A DNA stretch of 64,000 bases from Octopus sinensis (GCF_006345805.1 NC_043012.1:16306001-16370000); one strand, 5' to 3'. Shown: positions 12,150 through 26,600, counted from the stretch's first letter. Program-made: numbers and translations. The notes: generated by a model from the sequence alone, not told the origin.

Positions 12150-12950
12150 AGCGTTCGCAAGATTTTAATGGGAGGAAAGATACTCAGCTAAAAGATACTT
12201 AACTTGGCAAAAAGTAGGAAGGTCAACGGAATATGCCAGAGCTGTAGGGATTTTATTAAAAAAATTCACTATTTCTCCGTAAGTTGTTGAGCCTATGATT
12301 AAATTTAATTTGAGTAGTTTCATTACTTTGCAATGGAATAAGTATTTCTTGTTGTCTGACATCAACATTAGCTGCATTTGTTCCAAATATACACAACATA
12401 GAATGTTTATTTCCAGGAGATCTTTGAACTTCATTTCCATATCATTGAGCAGCAATGTTTTCAAGTAAGTTAAAATACCCCCCTCTTGCAGCCCTACCTC
12501 TCAATAGTGACACAATCTATAAAATGCATCAAGTTTTTACACACAATATTCCATTCTGAGTAAATTACGTTTTCTGAAGAAAGCAGCGGTAGCCTCTCTG
12601 GAATTAAAATATTTGTATTTTTGCCTTCTAGCTGTTTTTTAACGAATTTATCTACTGAAATATATCCAAAAGGCAGAATATTTCAAGATAAGCGGCTAGA
12701 ATAACTTCTCCAAGCTGCAAAACAACCTTGTCAAAAAGCCCAATGAATCGATGCAGTCGCTTGTTCATAGAGACGTCACTGAATGAATGTGGATGTGCAA
12801 TGCAATAAGATAATATTCAATTTATAGAAGATTTTCCAACACCATGTCGATTCTTTATTCATCAATAATAAATAATTGTTCAAGTGTCAAATGAATTCAT
12901 CTTTTCTGTTATGACGTAAGTTAAGATATAGAAAATGCATTATGTGTATA
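12150..12950 (-). mobile_element. Decayed hAT (Charlie/ZBED8-like) transposase C-terminal fragment
   Basis: Across frames: LLDIFQ*IN, KQLEGKNTNIL, AFFRK, ISLQSNE..KF resemble LAYLxDIFxxLN / LQGKxTNI / AFxxKL / ELxxD motifs. Confidence 0.5.
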
Positions 12951-13356
12951 CTTGTTTCAGTCATTTGACTGAGGCCATGCTGGAGCACCGGCTTTAGTCG
13001 AGAAAATCGACCCCAGGACTTATTCTTTGTAAGCCTAATACTTATTCTATCGGTCTCTTTTGCCGAACCGCTAAGTTACGGGGACGTAAACACACCAGCA
13101 TCGGTTGTCAAGCGGTGTTGGAGACAAACACAGACACACAAGCATATACACACACATACATTTACATATATATACACATATATATATATATACGACGGGC
13201 TTCTTTCAGTTTCCGTCTACCAAATCTACTCACAAGGCCTTGCTTAGCCCGAGGCTATAGTAAAAGACACTTGCCCAAGGTACCACGCAGTGGGAATGAA
13301 CCCGGAACCATGTGGTTGGTAAGCAAGCTACTTACCACACAGCCACTCCTACGCCT
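12949..13356 (-). mobile_element. SINE family A
   Basis: Full-length copy. Confidence 0.9.
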
Positions 13357-14029
13357 ATGTTTGCTTTTGTCTATAAATTGTAAGAAGATAGAGACAGTAA
13401 TGCAAAATTTTAGGACCAAACAAGTATTTGTGATGCTTCCTTCACTCAGCCTGTTGCCTTCTTCATTGAGTATATAACTTTCCATTTCCCTAATTTTTCT
13501 ATGGCCATAAAGAACTTTATCTACGCCTCTGAGAAGCACGTGTGTAAATGATTGGACATGAATCTCATATCTTGTGGTTAATTGTCTGTCACTGTATCAG
13601 TTAGGTAAAATGTAATCTATTCTGTTAACCGTAAGGACAATTATTTCTGTCAATTCCAAGCCAGTTATATTCACCTTGATGTGTGGAAACAAATTATATA
13701 ACTTCCGAGCTAGGTACGATTATCTATTATGGAAGAGACCGAAAAGCAACGAGAAACTATATGCATATTTTGCTCTGGTTTGTAGAGTTTAACATTTAAT
13801 TTACACCCGAAATGCTCTCAGTCTCATCTCACTTAAATAAAGACGGGAATTTCCTGATAGCAACATTACTACGCAGAAATGTATTAGGGAAAAGCTCGGG
13901 AAAGTAACAAAATCACTGTGATATCTAGTTGATAACTGATAAAAGAAAATGTCCAATGGGGTAAGCTGCATGTAAAATAATGTGCACGCATAAATCCACA
14001 CCCACATGCACACAACCAACCGCGAACCC

Positions 14030-14071
14030 ACATACACACACACACACACACACCACACACACACACACCAC

Positions 14072-14155
<84 letters not shown>

Positions 14156-14325
14156 TATCTACATTTATTCAGACATATAAACACACACCACACACACACA
14201 CACATGAAATAAAAAACAGAACACAAAGGATGTCGCGGTTTTTATTTCATTTGATACATATATCCTCTCACCTCTGCTACTATACAGATGCTTATACTTA
14301 TCAAGTATTTACCCTGAATTTATTG

Positions 14326-14395
<70 letters not shown>
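14030..14395. repeat. Cluster of (CA)n, (TA)n, (GA)n and (CT)n microsatellites
   Basis: Direct reading. Confidence 0.85.
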
Positions 14396-14398
<3 letters not shown>

Positions 14399-14470
14399 GT
14401 AACATATGGTATAATTATCAACGAGGCAAATTTTAGCAATTTCTCTGCAGACTGAAAAAAATGATGAACA

Positions 14471-14513
14471 ACCTGAATCGATTTTCGAACCTTATTGGGT
14501 TCTCATCAGAGGC
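14471..14513 (-). ncRNA. Minimal type-I hammerhead ribozyme motif with canonical core
   Basis: GCCT-CTGATGA-GAACC(CAATAA)GGTTC-GAAA-ATCGAT-TC-AGGT; G10.1-C11.1 pair, palindromic AATCGATT stem III, UUC triplet. Confidence 0.75.
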
Positions 14514-14632
14514 GTCCACATCATTCTGACAATTTCCAGGGAAACAATCAGCCAAACTGTTTAGATATTGAACCAATGCAGCAGTTACTCTATGAAGGAG
14601 ACCCTAATTTGCTGACCGAAATTGTTTAACAT

Positions 14633-14704
<72 letters not shown>

Positions 14705-15138
14705 CATACACACTAAAATATTTACAGATTTCCTAAAATTCAGAATACAGACAAGAAAGTACATAATTTTAAACTCGACTGTTATTTCAAGATGCTGGAG
14801 TTACGTAACATTCGTAATACTCATAATTTACAGACGGAATATATAAAACATCTTAGGTATGAATGACTTGTCCTCCTTCTCTTAGATTTGTCCTCCTTAG
14901 CCGATTTATTGTAATACCTCTGTGTGATTGTTTACATTTCCTATTTTATATCTGCAAAATATGAATATTACAATTATTACATTACGCCGAGCTTCCTGGA
15001 AAAGCTGTTGAGTTGAGACATAATGCATCTATCTCTTAGTCTTAATTTTGTTCTATGTAGACATATTTGTATAGATATATATGTATGTGTTTCACTTTCT
15101 GAATACATGCATATATGTGTGTCCATGTTTGCATGTTA

Positions 15139-15196
<58 letters not shown>

Positions 15197-16582
15197 TTTA
15201 GTGGCTAGCGAGCTATCATGGCGAATACCGGACGGAGGGGTCATGCAGGGGAGGTAGAAAGAAAGGGAAATAATAAAGTAGTGGTGATCCCAAAACGATA
15301 TTGCGCGTGCGTGTGTATGTGAGAGCGAGAAAGGGGGATGGTGTCATTGACGTGTACGTGTGTGCATGTGTAGGTGTGTGGATGATGGTGTAGATGCTGG
15401 GAAGTGATCAGTGCTAGTGTGTGCGGGATGGTGTGATGCGGTGTGGTGTGGCATGGTGGTATGTGGTGTGGTAGTGTTGGGGTGTGGGGGGGCAGAGTGG
15501 GGGAAGCAAGGGTGGAACCTATATATTTTATATATATATATATTTAGAGAGTAGTTAGCCATAAAGTGAGAAATTACTGGTCCAGCATTTCTATACACAC
15601 TTGTACCTAGGAAGCTAAATTTGCTTCAAACCATCTAGGAAATACAATATTCCTAACTCTGCCGCTTCGTCTGCATCATTGGTTCCCATGTTGACATTAA
15701 ACAGCGTGTATATATTTTTGGCTAAGCATGAATAGACACAGAGAAGTATTAACTTTCTAACACACTTTAACACACTGCAGCTAATCTTGCGATTCGTGAT
15801 AAATCATGTGTTGAGTATTTACTTTTTAATTTTGTTTCGACCGAGATGTATTTATTTACTATATTCATTCAATTCGGTTTATTTACCAAACTCATTTGTC
15901 CACTCGTACAAGATGTGTTTTATCAGCTCAATTATAACATGATATACAAACAAATCAATATAAGTGTGTAAATCTAGTTTCTGAAGTGATTTTAGTAGCA
16001 ATTATCGAGGCCGAATATGGGGGATGGCAAATCCATTAGAAGATTTATATTTTATTGCACAAGAACCCTTTCCATGATTGGCTATAAATTATGTATTCCA
16101 GGATAGGTTGTTCGTGAAATCGAATCGAAAGCAGATCAAATGTGATTTGGTAATATAAACATCTGTAAAATACTGCACCAATTAAATCCATCTTACAGAC
16201 TTCGTTACAGACATTTCTTCTGTAAGTTTATGGTTAAATCATTATTCAGAGAGATGTGGGGTCGATATTATGAGAGAATAAAAGTTTCACACGATTCATT
16301 GTTCTACCCGAGTGAAATCGAGATTGATTTGTCGATTAAATAAATACACGTACACTCGAGAGAGTTTTTCTTCCAATCGAGTTTATACCAGTTCGGAGAT
16401 ATTTTAGGTATTTTCTGTGTTGTTGCCAACTCCATTATATGAAGACATACAACAAAACAAACTGGAAGAATGTTCAGTAATCAAAAGGATGTGCTCTTAC
16501 TTTAGTTTTTCTTCCAGAACACTTTTGATATGAGAAATAAGAAATAAAATACAGTATTATAAGTATACACCCGCACACGCAC

Positions 16583-16688
<106 letters not shown>

Positions 16689-19600
16689 GTGTGTGTGTGT
16701 GTATGTGTATTCATTTAAATTACAAGAAAACCATCCAAAGAGCATTAAAAAATTCCATATGCTAAATAAAATTCCAATAAAAAATTGAATATATATACAT
16801 ACAGAAACACACAAACACACACACGCGCGCGCACGCACACACACACACATGAATAAGTATGTATGTACGTATGTATATATGTTTATATGTATGTGTATTT
16901 GTGCGTGTGTGTATGCATATGTATAGAGATAATGCATTCAAATATAAAATTAAATTAAAGAAACTGATGTCTGATAAAGAAAATATAAATTACATATATA
17001 ACGTAAATTTTATAAATGAAGAGAGAAATTTACAGACATTCGAAAAAAGCAATTTTGAAAACTGCATTATCAGAAAAAGAAATACTGACAAATAAATACG
17101 TTTAAAAAGGAATTTAATTGGTTTGGTAATAGTTAAAGATATTCATTTACTCAAATAATTTGGGATTAGGTTTTTTTTAAGATAGGAAAACAGTTCATAT
17201 ATTGCTGTATTATTTGCGACATAGCAACTGTGAAATGGAGTCAGTCTTGATGAAAAATAATTTTAAATATTCTAATAAGTAATAAACTATCAAATCATGC
17301 GTTGGGTTATGCCTAAATTGAAAGTCATTCTCTGTATTCATAAAATGAACCATCCTCTTTAATGATTCGGTGTAACCGATAAACAGCAACAGGCTTTTGT
17401 AGCTGTCCGGTGTACTTAAATCCACATAGACTGATTTAACGATAATAACACGAAAATCTGAGTGCTGGACTACTCTGGCTAATCTTACGTAATGTGAGTT
17501 AACACCATCCGACAAGACATAATCCCTTGTGCAGGATTCGACTTCACACCCAAACATTTTAATACAACTTATACATAATGTACATTCCTTTACATATAGA
17601 CACATCAGATATATAAACTATTACATTAGATGTTCTCATAGTCACCCCATTATGGCATTCTGCTGACATTGCCACCCTACAACTCCAAACTTGCGTGAAC
17701 GACTAGAAACTTAGTTTCAAATAGATTAAAATTAACTCCTTCCAAATCCGTCATTTTGTTTCTTACTAGCAATGAAATATCAGTCTTAGATATGCAACCA
17801 AAGCGAACATAGAGACAAAAAATGCTTTTAGTTATTCCAATTTAAATTAAAATTACATAAATTCAAATTACATACAGAAGTCATTTAAGGATAAATATGA
17901 AAAGAAAATACAAAAGAAAATACTTGTACAGTAGAAGCAACAGTTATAAAATAAAATGCTACGTCATCGTAGATTATACAAACCAAGTATGAGTTATAGA
18001 TTTTTCCACAACAGACCAAATTTAAAGAACACAAAATATTATTACTCAAAACATTCTGCCAGATGACGGCATTGTAGCAGAAGTATGATCGCTCTTTAAT
18101 TTTTTGGTATCCGCATTTTGCCTTTTACTTTCACGTGATGGCCGACTCCATTTAACATTACGCGAACTGTCTACCCACTTAACGTGATAAATTAGCCAAC
18201 GTCCCTAAATCAGCTACTTAAGGGGCAATTTTCCTCTAATTTTTTAAGGAGGTGAGTTTGTTCCGTGCGAGTTTTGATCTTGGACTTGAAAGCAGTTTAA
18301 ATCATTTTGTGGTTTGTAAGGAAGAGATTGTAAACATGAGAATTATAAACAAAATCTTTGACGCTGTTTTGCTTTTCTTTTAACATTCATCTTCAACTTC
18401 GAGAAACATTTTGAAACCATGAAATGTTTCTAACAGAGTTCTACTTGTTATGCCAGTCGATGGATTTCACTTTAGGTTTGTAAATGAATGTTGCAGTGCG
18501 GTCAACGTTTACTTCTCTTTGTATTTTCTTAATGATATTCATCCTGACTCATTTTCACGGCTGAATTTAACCACTGCTAAAACCATCAAAAGATCTGATC
18601 TACTATGGAATAATGATGCTTACAGTAAAAGATAAGCTGGACTTAGTAAGTTAACAGTTTGTGAAAAAAAAATTCCAAATCACAGGTTTTATGGCAAACA
18701 TTCAATCGTTAAAGTGTCAGACATTCTTAACCCCAACCCCTGCTCAAATCAAATGAACATATCAAATATGCATACAAAATTTAAATCAGTATCAATAGTT
18801 CGATCAATTCAGAAACACGAAGCTAAATTGAACACCAGCAGCTGTATAAGGTTATCACTTGTTGCATTCTATGCCTTGTCTCAAACTGCCAAATCAGATA
18901 GACTCCAGATAGACTGATAAAGCAACAGCAGCGTCCGAACGTTTTCATACACTAAATATGGATGTTATTCCCTAAACTACTGTGTGATAGAGTGCATAGC
19001 CTGGTTTACAATTAAATACGTAGAATTATGTCTGATGTATTAAAACATTTGGTCAGTAGATTACACTTCATCCTTTTTCTGAATGCTTCCATGACTTAGA
19101 GCTAATCAATAATCAACCAGGAATGCCCGAGCAGCATAACAGCAGCAACACTAACAACCAGGATTTAGATGTGAATGCATAAGGAAACATTAAACTGACA
19201 TTATGCTGTGTTGACATATAATTAGTAGTTATCTTCAGCTATTTTCTGGGCTTTCACATGGTAACAAGAAAAATATCTAAGGATGTATTTAAGAGGAAGT
19301 ATTCTTAAGATGCTGCATAAAGAAAGATGTAAAATAATGTTTGTAGATGTTTAGAAAGACTTTTGGTCGTAAGCAGCTTTCGGGAGATAATTACCCTCAA
19401 CTTAAAAGGAAAAGAAAACCTGGAAACATATTCGCCTAGGAATGAAAAAAATAAATGATGTATGGAGAATAATCTCTAAGCTGCTGTCACACTTTGACGC
19501 TGTAATACAAACAATACATTATGATTAATGTGTATCTTCTGAAAATGAGTATTTGAGATTGTTTTCTTAGATATCAAACTGCACTATAGGAAAAAACATG

Positions 19601-20077
19601 CTAAAAGTGTAGGAAACGATAGGCATGTTCTCAGTGCTATGACTTCATGATTTCGGACATGTTGACCGATATATCGAGAGTAAACAAGATATCCAAAGTG
19701 CAGTGTTGCAGTTTTCTTATTTAATCCATAAATTTATCTTAAATAGCTTTAAAATGTCCTACCTAACTAACTTCGAAACAAAACAGTTTACCATAAAGAC
19801 TAAAGCTGAATGGTTAAAACATGCAGAGAATAGGAAGTGTAATTTCAGCAAACAATTTTATTGCGATATAAAAGGTACCAGTTGTAAGCGTCCACCGAAA
19901 AGCATACATATGAAGTGCATTCCTGAAGTTTTAAGACATATTTTTAAGAGAGCCGGTTAGAACTGTCCTAAATTATTGCAAATTTAGTGAATCATTACTA
20001 TACATCTCATAAACTGACTTTCCAAATGTTATTCCGGATTGAAGGTGGCGGTTATAACAGCTCTTAAATATATCCTA

Positions 20078-20470
20078 AAACTAAAGCTGACCAGAAGAGA
20101 ATTAATGCATTCGAGCTTTGGTGTTGGAGAAGACTTTTACGGATTCCATGGACGCGAGGCTCACCAATGGAGAAATTCTTAAGCAGATCAGGCCGAAACT
20201 GTAGCTAGAAGCTAGGATCATCAAGTATAGATCGACATATTTTGGTCATATTATGCGGAGAAAATCCCTGGATAAGGACATCATGCTCGGAATGGTCAGT
20301 GGCAAGAGAGAAAGAGGCCGACCAAGAACTCGCTGGCTTGACACCATCAAGAGTGACACGGGAATGGACATAGCCAATCTGAAAGAAGCGACCCAGGATA
20401 GAACTGGGTGGAGGACATTGATCCATCGAGTAACCGAGAGTCGATTTCGACTGAGCGGATAGGTAGATAG
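20078..20470 (+). mobile_element. 3' end of an RTE-clade LINE
   Basis: KRINAFELWCWRRLLRIPW...YFGHIMRR...GKRERGRPRTRWLD...DRTGWR, stop at 20460-20462. Confidence 0.85.
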
Positions 20471-20639
20471 AAACACAGCTTATCATAGCTGACAAGTTTT
20501 CACAACGCAGTCGGGACATGAAGACAATTTGGAAGGTGGATGTGTAGTAAAATACGAAAACTTTCGAAATGCTCCGGACTGCTCATGGATTAACTTGTGT
20601 GAGTTAAGCGTCTGTTTTACCCTGACACAAGATGCTAGG

Positions 20640-21124
20640 CAAGCACGGTCACCGGAAACCTCATGATGATCCCCTTTTCCAAAAGAATGAGTATCATCCA
20701 CATCCACTGGGTCTCTCCTGACCAAACAGTGAACAAAGAGTACTTTTTGGAAGTTTTGAAGTACTTCAAGAAGATATATCGTCGGAAAAGGCCAGAGCAA
20801 CTGCACCAGAAAAATGCATCAGACCACAATTCCATCCTAGTAAGCAACTAATTGACAGCGATGGGCATGAAAACATTACCTCACCTTCCGTACAGTCCAG
20901 ATCTTGCTCTCTATGTCTTTTGTTGTTCCCTTAGCTGAAGGGTCCTAGACATCTTCACTTTGGAAGATTTCCATGGGAGCCATCACAAAGTGGCTGGAGC
21001 TTTACAACAAGTACTTTGGAGTCAGAGTATCCATTCTGAAGGCGATTGGAATTTTGTACTTCTTTGAAATTAATAAATGTCTCTCCCGCAAAAAAATCTC
21101 AAAACTTCTGGAATTCCTCCAGTA
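20640..21124 (+). mobile_element. Decayed mariner fragment
   Basis: IIHIHWVSPDQTVNKEYFLEVL...RRKRPE...LPHLPYSPDLA; TIR-like remnant near 21100-21124. Confidence 0.75.
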
Positions 21125-22176
21125 ATGCTAAATTTTACGAATTAAGTGAGTGAATCCATGTGTGAGTGAGTGAGTGAGTGAATTTATAAGTGACTGAATC
21201 CATAAGTGAGTTAGTGAATCCATGACGAAAGATTAACTTAACGATATATCACAGAGGGTAAAGAGGAAATGTTTGACTGCGACCGGCAGATATCAGTTTT
21301 GCCAGTGATGCATCTTGGTTTTACATTAAATGATATTTCACATCAACTTTACTTTATTTCTGCTAAAACAAAAATGTCGAATATAAACAGGATTTTCAAA
21401 ATGCATTATTACGCATTTCTAAATTTATAGCCTTAATATCATTAATAGAAAAAGTATAACCTAGCGAAAATATTACTCTTCGGTGTCAAGATAAAGCGGG
21501 AGGGAGGGGGGCGAAAAAGAGAAGTAGAAGAATAGTGTTAAACAAAATAGATTCCTTGCCTTATAAGTTGTAGAGAGACGCCAGAAGGATAGAGTTGGCA
21601 TCGAAAACTTTTAAGAAAATGGTTAAGCTAAATAGACAATGTAGCAAAAACGGCCAACAGGAAATATTATACTGCAAAAATAACATGTGTGGTATCAAAA
21701 AACTGTTACATCATTATATTCCTGTCGCTAGACTAAGACTATGTGTTGTATTTTAAGTTGGAGGAACGGCAAAGTTTGGAAGAAAAAACATTAAGAAAGC
21801 GCTTAGTTAAGTTTCTCCAACATTCATATATAAACAAGGTGTATAATGTATTACAAAGTAAATAAAAACTATGGCCAACTGTATACAGATTGTATAAGGA
21901 GGCATAAACAAAGATCCCAAAAGCGAGGAGAAACTGATAGACATTGAGAGTAAATAAAGCATCATAAACAAGACAGAATGAACTAATTCTATCAATAACC
22001 AAACTGTGTTTAAAACCAAGGTAATATATTGCTCAATATGGGTAAATCAAATGAATAGGGCAAGCAGTGATCAAGTTTGAAAGTAGGAAACTGAAACATA
22101 TTGCAGATGTATTATGAATATTGCATTTCCAGATGAAATTGTGAATCATGAAATAACAAAGCAGCACATATTGATA

Positions 22177-22635
22177 TACTCTCTTTTATACTCTTTTACT
22201 TGTTTCAGTCATTTGACTGCGGCCATGCTGGAGCACCGCCTTTAGTCGAGCAAATCGACCCCGGGATTTATTCTTTGTAAGCCCAGTACTTATTCTATCG
22301 GTCTCTTTTGCCGAACTTCTAAGTGACGGGGACGTAAACACACCAGCATTGGTTGTCAAGCAATGCTAGGGGGACAAACACAGACACACAATCACGCACA
22401 CACACACACACACACATACATTATATATATAATATATTATATATATATATATATAATATATATATATATATATACGACAGGCTTCTTTCAGTTTCCGTCT
22501 ACCAAATCCACTCACAGGCATTGGTCGCCCGGGGCTATAGCAGAAACACTTGCCCAAGATGCCACGCAGTGGGACTGAACCTGCAACCATGTGATTGGTT
22601 AGCAAGCTACTTTCCACACAGTCACTCCTGCGCCT
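22177..22635 (-). mobile_element. SINE family A
   Basis: Full-length copy with expanded internal CA/TA tract. Confidence 0.9.
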
Positions 22636-22659
22636 ATCTTTGTTATTGTTTTAATATTG

Positions 22660-22805
22660 ATTTCAAATTTTGGCACACGGCCAGCAATTTTGGGGAAGGG
22701 GATAAGTCGATTGAATCATCCATGTTTTCTCAGCTGGTACTTATTTTTTTGACCGCAAAAGGATGAAAGTCAAAGCCATCTTGATGGAATTTGAACTCAG
22801 AACTT
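22660..22805 (-). mobile_element. SINE family B-related fragment with alternative tail (...GTGCCAAAATTTGAAA)
   Basis: Diverged central domain; related pieces at 33280-33350, 34890-35260 and 39270-39330. Confidence 0.6.
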
Positions 22806-22840
22806 GTATCAATGACACACACACACACACACACACATAT

Positions 22841-22862
22841 ATAGATAGATAGATAGATAGAG

Positions 22863-22925
<63 letters not shown>

Positions 22926-22935
22926 CAGACAGATG

Positions 22936-22991
<56 letters not shown>

Positions 22992-23046
22992 CACAGACAG
23001 ACAGGTAGATAGATAGACAGATAGATAGATAGATAGATAGATAGAC

Positions 23047-23083
<37 letters not shown>

Positions 23084-23097
23084 CACAGACAGACAGG

Positions 23098-23157
<60 letters not shown>

Positions 23158-23273
23158 CAGATAGAGAGATAGAGAGATAGATAAATAGATAGATAGATAG
23201 ATAGATACACAGACAGACAGGTAGATAGATAGACAGATAGATAGATAGTTAGTTAGATAGATAGATAGATAGT

Positions 23274-23310
<37 letters not shown>
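22841..23310. repeat. (GATA)n tract, 3' flank of Tx1 copy 1
   Basis: Direct reading; contains three copies of the variant GATACACAGACAGACAGGTAG. Confidence 0.95.
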
Positions 23311-23312
<2 letters not shown>

Positions 23313-23613
23313 CTTTCTTTTATTAGCCACACAGGGCTGAATACAGAGGGGACAAATACAAATGCAGAGCTTTTCTTTTCGAGGGTGGAAAAAATAAAAA
23401 TGTAAGATTGCGATCAAAAGGGATCGAGGGGAGGAAAAAAAAAGGAAAAAAAAGAAAATCGTGTATCACAGAAATAATGGTGTAAACATTGATATAACAA
23501 GATTGGGTTCATCCGTGGGAAGAAAAGCCTACAGAAAAGACCACGGGAACCCCAGTCAGGGAGGAAATAAACACATGAGGTCAAAAATGCTCTCTTTCTT
23601 TCTTTTTTACGAT

Positions 23614-26600
23614 CTACAGGATCATGCTCAAAATGGTTTCGTTACTAGCACGCACCATCTTTGCAACATTCACCCATCTTTTTTTGAATCTTTCGCGAGA
23701 CAAAACTTCCCTCTCCATTCTCACCTTCCTTTTCAAGTGGTACTTGAAAAAGTTGATGAGCGATTGGCCAGAGAGGTAAGTGTTTGTCTCTAATCCTTTC
23801 GCTCGAGTCCACCACACACATTCTTTCACCATGGCCACCAGTACGATGAAAACTGCCTTGCCTTCCCGGTTGAGGGAAGGGGCGGAGCAATTCTCACGAT
23901 AGACTCGGCCGATAGGCGGATTCGTCCCACACGTGACAGCAGCCGTTCGGCATAAGCCCACAGGTCGGAAATGGTTGGACATTGCACGAGTGCGTGCAGA
24001 ACGGTTTCGTCGCTCTGACCGCATCTCGGGCAAGTCGGTCCAGTGTGTCTGGAACCGTGTCTGTAGAGCTTATCCCGAACAGGTAATGCTTCTCGATAGC
24101 ACTGCCAGGCCAGGGATCTTTGGTGATTGTTCATAGGTCCCGGCCCGAAAGTTGTCCTGAACAGGCGGGTCAGGTGTTCCTCGTCGACGCCCAGACTCTG
24201 CCCGAGTTCGTCGTCGCACCTCCCCTCCACTAATCCTCTATAGAATGCCTTTGTTGTGATGGAGTCGCACAAGTTCGATCCCGGACGGCAGAGTTGCTTG
24301 AGAGCAACGCGACACTCGCGGTGCCATTCGCCTAGCCTCGGTCTCTGCTTGATCCATGACTGTAGTTCGTCCAAGGAGACGAGCTGCGGGAAAGCGCGCC
24401 GCACAAAAGGCGACCACCCCTGTTCACCGTTGTCTATGAAGCGCCGGAGATGTCGCAGTCTCAGCGCATGTCTGCGCATCATCAACCACGGCATGCCCAG
24501 CCCTCCATTTAGCGGGTGTTGGCAGCAAATGGATCGCCTAACCATCGGAACGTTTCCCTTCCACAAGAAGCGGAAGAGTATGCGTTCCAGTTTGGTGATG
24601 GTAGGGTCGGGACAAGGCACGACGGTCAGACGATACTCGATGACGGATGCGATGTACGCGTTCGCCACCTCCGCCCGACCTTTTAGGGATAGCTTTCTCT
24701 CAGTCCATTTCTGGGTGAGAGTAGCCACCCTAGTCGTTATCTCGCCCCAGTTCTTCTCCATTTGGAGGTCCGGACCGAACCAGACCCCGAGCAATTTAAC
24801 CGGTCCGTCCGTCCAGCGTCCCACGATGGAGACGCTGTTGGACGGCATGGGCTTGCTTCTCCAGGTGCCGAGCCGCAAGCCCACTGACTTTTCCGGTTAA
24901 TTTTTGCTCCCGTTACCGCTTCGTATTCTTTCAGTGTCTCGCCGACCAGCTCGATGTGCTCGTAGCTCGACACTATGACGGTGACGTCATCCGCGTATGC
25001 AGACACGCTCCTCCCGCATCCCAGCTCTCGTGGGATGCCCCTCAGCGTCGCCAGTTTCCGCAGTAGTGGCTCAAGAGTCAGTACATACAGCAGCGATGAG
25101 AGGGGGCATCCCTGACGAACCGAACGCATGATGTTAAAAGGTCTGGATAGATGACCATTTACGCGAACTACTGAGCGGATGCCGCTGTATAAGGCAGCGA
25201 TCCAACCGCGGAAAACTGGACCGAAACCAGCCGCTTTGAGGACAGCCTCCAAGTAGTGATGGTCTACCCTATCGAAGGCTTTTGATTGATCCAAATTGAT
25301 CAGCGCCCCACCCATGCCAGGATTTTTAACTACCCTGTCTATGATGTAGCGCATCAGATGGAGGTTGTCATGAATACTTCTACCCGGCACGGCGCATGTT
25401 TGCGCCTTGTCGATTAGTTTCTTGATGACAAGCGCCAACCTCTCGGCTAACACCTTGGCCAAAATTTTCAAATCTGCGTTGAGCAGAGTGATGGGCCTGA
25501 AATTATCTATGACGTCCCCCTTGTTTGGGTCTTTCTTGATCAGTGCCACTGCTCCTCGCTTTACAAAAGCAGGAATACTCCCGTTCTGCTGCCAGTTGCA
25601 GTAGACAGCTGCCAAGACGCCTCCAAACAAGTCTGGCATATGAAAATAAAATTCGTAGGGCAGACCATCCAAGCCTGGTGACTTGTCTCTCGCGCAGCCT
25701 ACCATCGCATCCTGTACGTCCGCAGCTGTGATAGGCTTTTCACAAGACTCCACCTCCCTTGCTGAGAGTCGTGGCAAGGCATGCAGGTAGGCACTAAAGT
25801 CCACTCTGCTTTCTGACTCACCACTTGTCCCAAACAGTTGGGTGAAGTGTTGTTGAAAAACCCCACACATCCTTTTAGGCTCGAGCAATTCGCGCCCCTG
25901 TTCATCTATAAGAGACTTGATGGTGGCTCTGTTGCCTCGTTGCGTCTCCACCACTCGGGCCTCGGCGGCTCCAACTCCTTCGTTCCTCAGAGCACGCATC
26001 CTAGCTCTGACAACGCATCCCTCGTGTTTGGCGTTGAGGTGTTGGTCGAGGGCCAATCTCGCCGCCAGTACGTTGGACGCGATGCCAGTTCTAAGTGCCT
26101 CTTCTAAAACCTTAACTAATTCTCCCTCTATTCTATTTCGGTCTAATGCTAGGGCTCTACTGTATCTGACTGATTCTGCTTTAATCGCTTTTTTTAGGGC
26201 ATACCACCATCTGTTGTTGATGATGGTACCCGTCAAAGCTCTCTTAACTAATGTGCTGATCCGGTCCCTGTAAACCTGTCGTGCTGTAAAAGACGCGTTC
26301 AGTTTCCAGTAACCAGGACCCTGCCTATGTGTCTTATCTAAGTCAAGTGTACAAGTCACAAACTTGTGATCTGTGTAACTGACTATATGAAATTGTGGAC
26401 AACCTACACTATTTTTATCTATTGTCCTACAGAATACTCTATCTAAGTATGATCTGGACGACCCGATGCGGTTACTCCATGTCCACATTGGCACATTCGG
26501 GTGGTCCAGTCGGTACCTGTCAGACAGTTGGAAACGTCTGAGCAGGTCTTTGAGGCATTTGCATCCCCTTCTATTGCTATCTCTGCCCACGTAGTCTAGA

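Noticed and set aside
16408-16485. Possible host exon TTTTAG|VFSVLLPTPLYEDIQQNKLEECSVIK
   Set aside because: Short, no convincing donor, no other exons found, no recognisable motif
17150-18600. Possible very old Penelope-like RT remnants (also 4440-5300 and 21560-22170)
   Set aside because: Only vague motif echoes across many stops; cannot be supported without an HMM search
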